Shown here piece by piece: positions 57,201 through 64,000 of a stretch of DNA of 64,000 bases. Source of the stretch: Hypanus sabinus (Eukaryota); contig NC_082707.1 in assembly GCF_030144855.1 (NCBI RefSeq), positions 173,538,001 to 173,602,000 of the forward strand, read 5' to 3'. The stretch's first letter is position 1. Each line of letters begins with the position of its first letter. A program made the translations under genes and the position numbers. The notes under the pieces are model-generated. The model saw nothing but the letters and a program-made list of their open reading frames with translations, did no database searches and was not told the origin of the DNA.

Positions 57201-58607
57201 ATTTGTTGGCTGCTGGTGACTACTGATGTTCTGCAGGGGTCAGCATTGGGTCCTTTACGTCTCAGATCGTACATTAGTGATCTGGCTAAGTTTGCAAGAA
57301 TAGATGGGCAGGTAGTGTTCAGGAAGCAGGGTGTTGATGGGCAAAGTGTCAGAGGGAATACAAGGTACTGAACCGTATGATCATGAACTTCAGTAGAAAG
57401 AATAGAAGTGTAGACTATTTTCTAAATAGGAAGGAAAAAACAAATCAGAGGTGCAAAGGAACTTGGGAATCCTCATGTAGGATTCCCTAAAGGTAAACTT
57501 GTAGGTTGGGTCGTAATAAGGAAAGCAAATGAAATGCTAGCATCCATTTCCAGGAGACTAGAATCTAAAAGCAAGATTTCATGCAGAGGCTTTATAAAGT
57601 ATTGAGAGCAGTTCTGGGCACCATATCTAAAGGAAGGATGTGCTGGTGTTGGAGAAAGTCCAGAGGAGGCTTACCAGAATGATCCCAGGGATGAAATGGT
57701 TGATGTAGGAGGAGCATTTGATGGCTCTGGGCCAGCACTCACTAAAACTTTAAAAGAATGAGGAAGGATCTCATTGAAACCTACCAAATTTTGAAAGGCC
57801 TAAATAGAATGAAAATGCTTCCATTAGAGGGAGAGTCTAGCGTCAGAAGGCACATCCTCAGAATAGAATGTCACTCTAGAATAGAGATGAGGATCACTTT
57901 AAGCCAGTGGGTGGTAGATCTGTGGAATTCACAGACGGCTGTGGAGGTCTCATCATTGGGTATATTTAAAACACCATGATTAATAAGGACATCAATCAGC
58001 CATGATCAAATCGGAGTAAACTCGATGAGCGGAATGGCCTACTTCTGTTACGTCCCACTCGGAAGACAGCACTCCTGAAACTCGCATTTCCCCAATATCC
58101 CTCTGGCGTGTCAGTCTAATGTTCTGTGCCTAGAACATAATTTTTAAGGCGATATTCCTGACACCAACCTCTGCCTACGGTGGTCCTTATAAAACAGGGT
58201 GCTGTAAATTTACTACAATGCCTTGGACGAGGTTTTTAAAAGTTTTGCTTCGTTATACCTGGTGGAACACGACGCTAGGCTAAGACATTTCAATACAAAA
58301 CTGCAAGGAACGGGTGTTCTTACAGGCAAAGGTGACTCCGGGCTGCCGGAGATGGGATATATTTAGACACAGGCGCAGCCCACATAAGGATTTCGCCGCT
58401 TGGCGAGGATCCGGGACTCAACGCGGGCCTGCTACCTTCCCTACAGGTCCCAAGATCAGGCCTCCACTAAGGCCCGAGAGCAAGGCAAGCGGCGCGCAGC
58501 CAAGCTGAGAGAACCAGGGGCGGCGGAGGCAGAGGCCGGCGCCCCCGGGGTCGCTCTGCCCGGCCTCCCGCGAGGACTCGCCAGCCACACTCACCTCGTG
58601 CCGCCAT
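30229..58607 (-). CDS. PRPF39: PRPF39 pre-mRNA processing factor 39 (HAT-repeat, U1 snRNP-associated), 717 aa; 14 coding exons
   Basis: Exons 58607-58595, 55639-55179, 52108-51983, 51286-51168, 48338-48171, 47485-47323, 45374-45267, 41775-41611, 41045-40919, 40766-40498, 38564-38380, 36004-35930, 34147-34030 and 30285-30229 join to 2154 nt in frame. Peptides such as [49 protein letters not shown] and [13 protein letters not shown] match human PRPF39. Confidence 0.96.
32110..33420 (+). mobile_element. Rex1/Babar-like LINE fragment with a nested V-SINE
   Basis: RT-region nucleotide motifs (tgcttagcccactgctctactctct), [20 protein letters not shown], attct tail. Confidence 0.65.
34030..34147 (-). 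CDS. PRPF39: PRPF39 exon 13
   Basis: [39 protein letters not shown]|gtgggt. Confidence 0.95.
34700..35370 (+). mobile_element. CR1 LINE 3' fragment
   Basis: [18 protein letters not shown]; gtggtgaatatctggaatgagct; ends actctatgact. Confidence 0.65.
35930..36004 (-). CDS. PRPF39: PRPF39 exon 12 (GC donor)
   Basis: [26 protein letters not shown]|gcaagt. Confidence 0.93.
36269..37820 (-). mobile_element. Tc1-like DNA transposon (IR/DR type, ~1.55 kb), transposase decayed, in PRPF39 intron 11
   Basis: TA|CAGTACCTATAAAAACTATTCACCCC ... GGTGAATACTTCTTACAGGCACTA|TA; ~200-bp inverted terminal repeats; minus-strand paired-like HTH peptide [31 protein letters not shown]. Confidence 0.9.
38380..38564 (-). 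CDS. PRPF39: PRPF39 exon 11
   Basis: [30 protein letters not shown]...[17 protein letters not shown]|gttact. Confidence 0.95.
40498..40766 (-). CDS. PRPF39: PRPF39 exon 10
   Basis: [36 protein letters not shown]...EAIDFDK|gtatga. Confidence 0.96.
40919..41045 (-). CDS. PRPF39: PRPF39 exon 9
   Basis: [42 protein letters not shown]|gtaagc. Confidence 0.96.
41611..41775 (-). CDS. PRPF39: PRPF39 exon 8
   Basis: [55 protein letters not shown]|gtaagt. Confidence 0.96.
44150..44700 (+). mobile_element. Rex1/Babar-like LINE RT fragment
   Basis: tgcaactggatccttgact, caacactggcgcccc, aagtttgcagattataccacc (KFADYTT, a decayed RT core). Confidence 0.65.
45267..45374 (-). CDS. PRPF39: PRPF39 exon 7
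   Basis: [36 protein letters not shown]|gtaagt. Confidence 0.96.
46465..47090 (+). mobile_element. Two adjacent CR1 3' fragments
   Basis: gggaatttctttactcagagtggtagctgtgtggaatgagcttccag with a (gttatatg)n tail; second copy [16 protein letters not shown]. Confidence 0.8.
47323..47485 (-). CDS. PRPF39: PRPF39 exon 6
   Basis: [28 protein letters not shown]...INDPAQ|gtaatg. Confidence 0.95.
48171..48338 (-). CDS. PRPF39: PRPF39 exon 5
   Basis: [55 protein letters not shown]|gtaagg. Confidence 0.96.
48878..48905 (+). repeat. Short interstitial telomeric repeat (TTAGGG)4+TTAG
   Basis: ttagggttagggttagggttagggttag in PRPF39 intron 4. Confidence 0.9.
48965..49770 (+). mobile_element. CR1 LINE 3' fragment
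   Basis: aagtttgtggatgat (KFVDD), [27 protein letters not shown]; tcttat tail. Confidence 0.8.
51168..51286 (-). CDS. PRPF39: PRPF39 exon 4
   Basis: [39 protein letters not shown]|gtaata. Confidence 0.96.
51983..52108 (-). CDS. PRPF39: PRPF39 exon 3
   Basis: [42 protein letters not shown]|gtgaat. Confidence 0.96.
53800..54519. mobile_element. Non-autonomous hAT (Charlie-like) element, 720 bp, in PRPF39 intron 2
   Basis: Perfect 14-bp TIRs CAGGGGTCGGCAAC...GTTGCCGACCCCTG and a perfect 8-bp TSD CACTATAC (53792-53799 and 54520-54527). Confidence 0.93.
55179..55639 (-). CDS. PRPF39: PRPF39 exon 2
   Basis: Acidic low-complexity N-terminus, then [32 protein letters not shown]|gtgagt. Confidence 0.93.
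56240..58030 (+). mobile_element. CR1 LINE fragments in PRPF39 intron 1
   Basis: gttctgcaggggtcagcattgggtcc (PQGSVLGP-like), [25 protein letters not shown]. Confidence 0.7.
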
Positions 58608-58760
58608 AATGCGGTCGCCCCGTCGCCGTGGCCGCTCGCAACTCGCACTCCTGACACCCTCCGAGCTAAACCCCGCCCACCCTCTGACATCACCCTCGCG
58701 TCACGGGACCAGCGATCCCTTGAAGTTCGCACCGTGACAATGGGATGATTGGATTTTAAG
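58330..58760 (-). promoter_or_regulatory. PRPF39: PRPF39 CpG-island promoter
   Basis: CpG-rich segment around exon 1; GC box CCCCGCCC at 58671-58678; CCAAT on the minus strand at ~58748-58752. Confidence 0.75.
58595..58607 (-). CDS. PRPF39: PRPF39 exon 1 coding part (ATG GCG GCA CGA G)
   Basis: Lies in a CpG island; donor GAG|gtgagt; phase 1 matches exon 2 (G+GC = Gly), giving [12 protein letters not shown]. Confidence 0.8.
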
Positions 58761-60189
58761 AATAATTTGAAAAACAGCTTGACATGTTCACCTCTTGAAA
58801 TTGCACGCATTAAAACAACACCAGAAAATGCAGCGTGCAAGGTCATTTCTAGAATACAAGCGTAGAGGAGAAATAAATAATTGTTACTCCGGATCCGATG
58901 CAGTACAAGTCAAGTCGTCACTTTTTATTGTCATTTCGATCATAAGTGCTGGTAAAGTACATAGTAAAAACAAGACAAGGTTTTTCGGGACCATGGTGTT
59001 ACATGACACCATGTAATTGAGTAAAAACTCAATTAGATAAAGAATACAAGAATAAAAACACGATGAATATACAGTAAATACTTGAGATAGCTAAATACAT
59101 AGATTGATTGTATGTCCATAAAGTGATGCTCTTCACAGGAGTGTCTGTACATAAGGTGACTGAAAAGAAATAATAAAATAGCGGCGATTGGGGGTGTGGA
59201 GGCGTAGGTTAGTCGATGGAGGTTTTGATCAGTCTTACTGCTTGGGGAAAGTAACTGTTTTTGAGTATGGTGGCCTAGCTGTATGCTACGTAGTCCCCTC
59301 CCTGATGGGAGTGGGGCAAAAAGTCCATGAACAACGGTTTTGTCCAGCCTTCCTGTCCACTACAGTGTAGTTCCCATACCATGCAGTAATGCAATATGTT
59401 AGGATGGCCTCTACTGTGCATTGTAGGACGCAAGTACGGATGTGCATAATCCAGCTCACTTCAGCCCCTTCAGAATTTAGAGGCGTCGAGAAAAAACAGA
59501 CAGGACAGAAATGCCTGTCTCAATCTCAATTTCCAAAGGGGCTAAGAAATGATTCATAAAGCAAGTCTTATTTTGCTGTTTTGCAATGTTCTAGTATGTA
59601 TTTATATATGAATGTGTCAGTTAAAAAGAATGAATACTTAATGGCTGTAAAACACTTTTGGGGTATACTAAAAGGATGAGAGGACATTGTATGCCCGAAA
59701 CACTCAGGATACAGTATTCATTTGGAACAGGAGTCCACCGAGTATGGACCAGGCACTGGTAAATGGGATCATTGCAGAGAGTCTCTTGTTGGGTCCTTAA
59801 TAGATGTGGTGGTCTATGGGACCTGTTTCTGTGCTGTGTACTCTAACTTTTGACCTGCTTGATGTTCAAGAATAGCGCACGGATGTAAGAATGACTTGGT
59901 AGCTTTCACTGTGCCCGTTAGCCAAAAGATATGATAGTTTTCTTCTTGCACTCATCAACAAAAGTATGTTGAAAAATACTGCCTGCATTCCACTGGCACA
60001 AAGGGGGAGTTGGGGTTAGCATGGATCATGGCAGAAGAGGGGCCTGCTGCCTTACTCCTGAGGTTTTGCTGGCGCTGGGTAGCCCAGGGTGAGGGTACCA
60101 TCTTTCACCAATAGGTCTCAGGGCAGCACATAAGCTGGCAAAGTGTGTACAGGCCATTGCTGGTGACTGGCATCATCCATGTCGTGTTG

Positions 60190-60968
60190 GTAGCAACAAC
60201 CTGGCACTCAGTGTCAGTAAGATGAAAGAGCTGATTGCGGACTTCAGGAAGGGTAAGATGAAGGAACACATACCAATCCTCAGAGGGATCAGAAGTGGAG
60301 AGAGTGAACAGTTTCAAGTTCTTGGGTATGAAGAGCTCTCAGAATCTAACCTGGACCCAACATATCAATGTGGTTATAAAGAATGCAAGACAATGACTAT
60401 ATTTCATGAGGAGTTTGATGAGATTTGGTATGTCAACAAATACACTCAAAAACTTCTATGGTTGTACTGTGGAGAGCATTCTGACAGGTTGCACCACTGT
60501 CTGGTATGGAGGGGAGGAGCTACTGCTCAGGACTGAAAGATGCAGAGGGTTGTAAATTTATTCAGCTCCATCTTGAGTACTAGTGTACAAAGTACCCAGG
60601 GCAACTTCAGGGAGTGTTGTCTCAGAAAGGCAGCGTCCATTATTAAGGACCTCCAGCACCCAGGGCATGCCCTTTTCTCACTGTTACCATCAGGTAGGAG
60701 GTACAGAAGCCTGAAGGCACACACTCAGCGATTCAGGAACAGCTTCTTTCCCTTTGCCATCCAATTCCGAAATGGACATTGAATCCTTGAACACTACCTC
60801 GCCTTTTTAAAATATATTATTTGTTTTTTGCACGATTTTTAATCTATTCAATATATGTATATGGTAATTTATTTATTCTTCTTCTAGATTATGTATTGCT
60901 TTGAAATGCTGCTGCTACGTTAAGAAAATTTCATGATGCATGCCAGTGATAATAAACCTGATTCTGAT
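60190..60968 (+). mobile_element. Rex1/Babar-like LINE 3' fragment
   Basis: MKELIADFRKG; [48 protein letters not shown]; tail gataataaacctgattctga. Confidence 0.85.
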
Positions 60969-61699
60969 ATCTTACCTGAACTCCCTTTCATCACCAAGTG
61001 AAGCTGCGGTTTTTCTTGGTTTGGACTTTTCCTCATGTTTTCTCCATGGCAACAGATTCAATAGACAGTGACCACCAATGAGCTTGTAACCACTGAGAAA
61101 CAGGAACAAGGATCCGGCTGAAATAAACATTTAAGAAAGCTGTTCTCTTGCTAGAGTGATGACAGCAGGTTGGAGAGATATAAGCAAACTCTAGCAGTTG
61201 ACCTTTGCGAGGAAAATGAAGTATCCCTGAAGAGCAAAATTACAGTTGATGTGTGGGTAGCCGCAAAGCAGAGAAGTACAGCCACACATGAGAAATGGAA
61301 GGCGATATTGTTGCTGTTGTTGGGGTTGGAGTCATATTAGACTACCAGTGAATCTATTAATGTTCTAAAAAAAATTAACATCAAGATTAATTAAGAACCT
61401 TGAAAAGACTGTTTAACATAGTATGAGTAGAATTAGACAGTGAATAAATGGGTGGATGAAAGACAGTGGCACAATTGTGTAACTTCCAGGTTGGGCATTG
61501 CTTACTGGCAGATAGGAAAATTAAGATGAAATTATTTTGTAGACCAGACTTAATGCACAGGGGAGCAGGCAGGACAGCACCTATGGTAGAGATGGTACTA
61601 AAAAATTAGACATTGTAGCTGACAGCATTGGTAAAGTAATGTGATGGTAAATAAGAAGGTGATCCCATGCTCACACTTTGAGAAGTCCAATTACCTGGC

Positions 61700-63600
61700 T
61701 GTACTTTTACTCTCGGTAGAGACAGAGACTGCAGCACCAGTAGTGAGGATCCAGAAGGTCTGGTCAGGAGAGGTGGAGGAGCACTTACAGGTCTGATTTG
61801 AGTCGGTGGACTGGACAATATTCATGGATTCCTATTTAGATCTGGATGAATGCGCCACAATTGTCACCAACTTCATTAAGATCTGCAGAGTTGAGTGTGT
61901 GCACCTTTGGGTACGTACTGAACATACCCAAACCAAAAACAGAGGATGAATCAGGAGATTCATAGGCTGCTAAGGACTAGATCTATGTCATTCTATGTCT
62001 ATGTGATCCAGAACTTTACACGCAGAGGTATAACCTACGGAAGGCTATTTTGAGAGTGAAGAAGGGATTGCAGGCCATTACTTCCTATGAGGAGAAAACC
62101 TATCGTGAATGGCTGTGATGTTTCACTCCTGGATGAGCTTTTATGCATGCTTTCAAAAGAAAGAGTAGAACTCTACATGTATAGATCCCTGCAATCTGTC
62201 TTCGAGGCCGACGTCAAAGCAGCTTTTATGAAGGTGAACCCTCGCCAGGCATCAGGCCCTGACAGTGCACCTGGTAGGGCATTGAAAACCTGTGCCAACA
62301 ACTGCTGGAATGTTGGAGGCGGCTTCATTCTCTCACTGCTGCAGTCAGAGGTTCCCACATGCTTCAAAAGGGCGACAGTCAACGCTGGAAGAGCAGGGTG
62401 AGTTGCCTCAAAGACTATCACACAATTGCGCTCATATCTACTACGATGAAGTGCTCTGAGAGGATGGTCATGGCCAAACTCAACTCTCAAGCTAGGACCT
62501 GGACCTGGTGCAATTTGTCCATCATCACAATAGGTCTACAGCGGATGCAATCTCAGTGACTCTCCATTTGGCCTTGGATTACCTGGACAACAGCAATACC
62601 CATGTCAAGATGCTGTTTAATGATTACATCTCAGGTTCAACACCATCACACCGTCAGTACTAATCAACAAGCTCCAAAACCTGTGCCTTTGTACCTCCCT
62701 CTGCAATAGGAACCTTGACCTCCTTACCAAGAGGTCAGTGCAGATCAGAAATAACATTTCCTCCTTGTTGAAAATCAACAGTGATGCACTTGAAGGAGGT
62801 GTGCTTAGCCCACTGCTCTACATTCATGACTGTGTGGCTGGAGACTGAATTATTATTGGCATAATTTCAGGTAGTGACAAGAAGGTTTACAAGAGTGAAA
62901 TAGATTAGCTGTTTGAATGATGTTACAATGACTGTTTGTGAACTTCAGAAGTCCTCATCAAGGACCAGCAGTGGAAAGGGTGAGCAGTTTCAAGTTCCTG
63001 AGTGTCAACGTCTCTAAAGATCTGGCCTAGGCTCAATATATTGATGCAATCACAAAGAAGGCACAACAGTGGCTATTATTTCATTAGAAGTTTGAGGAGA
63101 CACCAAAGACTCTTGCAAATTTCTATAGATGTACCATGGAGAGAATTCTATCTGATTGCATCACTGTCTGGTATGAAGTGGTCACTGCATAGGGTTGGAA
63201 AAAGCTGCAAACTCAGCCAACTCCATCATGGGCACTGGCTACCCCAGCAGCAAGGCCATCTTCATGGAGCAATGCCTCAAAAAGGCAACATCTGTCATTA
63301 AGATGCCCATCACCAAGGACGCACCCTCTTCTCATTGCAATTATCAAGGAGGAGGTATGGGAGCCTAAAGACACACAGTCAACATTTTAGGAACAGCCTC
63401 TTCACCACTGTCATCAGATTTCTGAATAGACAATGTACATTACCTCAATTTTTTTGCTCTCTTTTTCACTGTATTTATAATATACATATATATTTCTTAC
63501 TGTATTTTATAGTTTGTTATGTATTGCAATGTACTGCTGCCACCAAACCACTTTTTAAACAATGTATTTCAGTGATATTAAATCCAATTCTGATACTGAT
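61700..63600 (+). mobile_element. Long decayed Rex1/Babar-like LINE
   Basis: VNPRQASGPDSAPGRALKTCA, SLLQSEVPTCFKRAT, IALISTTMKCSERMV, RRYGSLKTHSQHFRNSLF. Confidence 0.8.
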
Positions 63601-64000
63601 ATTCTTGGAGGTGGTTTGCAAAGAGTGAGTAATATTAACAAAGAATACATTTTTAGAAACAAAATACTGAGAGTATGTGAGAATCACATCTCCATAGAGT
63701 CACAGTTAGCATTGTGGGGTGGTGTCTTGTGCCAAGTGCTGAGCATGTCTGTTTTGCCACTGATCACCAGTGAAGTTGGTATTGCATCATAACAGCAATG
63801 AAATGCAATGCCAAAAGATCCATCTAAAGAACCATCTGCAAAGGTCACCGTGAGATCAGGAGTTCTCCTATAAAGGGAAGTAACAAGCTACATGGAAAAT
63901 TTGAATGGGGGAATATGATCTAAAGAAAATTAATAACTGAGCCCACTTTGATTGGTTTGAGTCAAAGTAATGGAAATATTCACAAGCCTTGAGGGCAAGC

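Noticed and set aside
58314-58846. ORFs over the PRPF39 promoter
   Set aside because: CpG-island artefacts; only the 13-nt coding part of exon 1 is supported

Overview
Vertebrate nuclear DNA, AT-rich and repeat-dense. The repeat families (CR1, Rex/Babar-like LINEs, Penelope-like elements, V-SINEs) suggest a cartilaginous fish, probably a ray or skate; this is inference. Three complete spliced protein-coding genes were reconstructed by hand from splice sites and similarity to recalled human proteins. FKBP3 is on the + strand (7 coding exons, 4356-15001, 225 aa) and its last intron is U12-type. FAU (FUBI-eS30 fusion) is on the - strand (4 coding exons 18651-17033 plus a non-coding TOP first exon, 133 aa). 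PRPF39 is on the - strand (14 coding exons, 58607-30229, 717 aa) with one GC-AG intron. The rest is mostly decayed retroelements plus several structurally intact insertions: a solo LTR with 4-bp TSD, a hAT element with 8-bp TSD, an IR/DR Tc1 element and a mariner-derived palindromic MITE. The most interesting observations are: a divergent FAU between FKBP3 and PRPF39 (possible 2R ohnolog); promoter minisatellites that multiply CTCF-like sites (FKBP3) and NRF1-like sites (FAU); a candidate poison exon in PRPF39; and a candidate RFX-associated alternative first exon of PRPF39. I see no convincing evidence of a wholly new gene system. Repeat boundaries are approximate unless TSDs are given.
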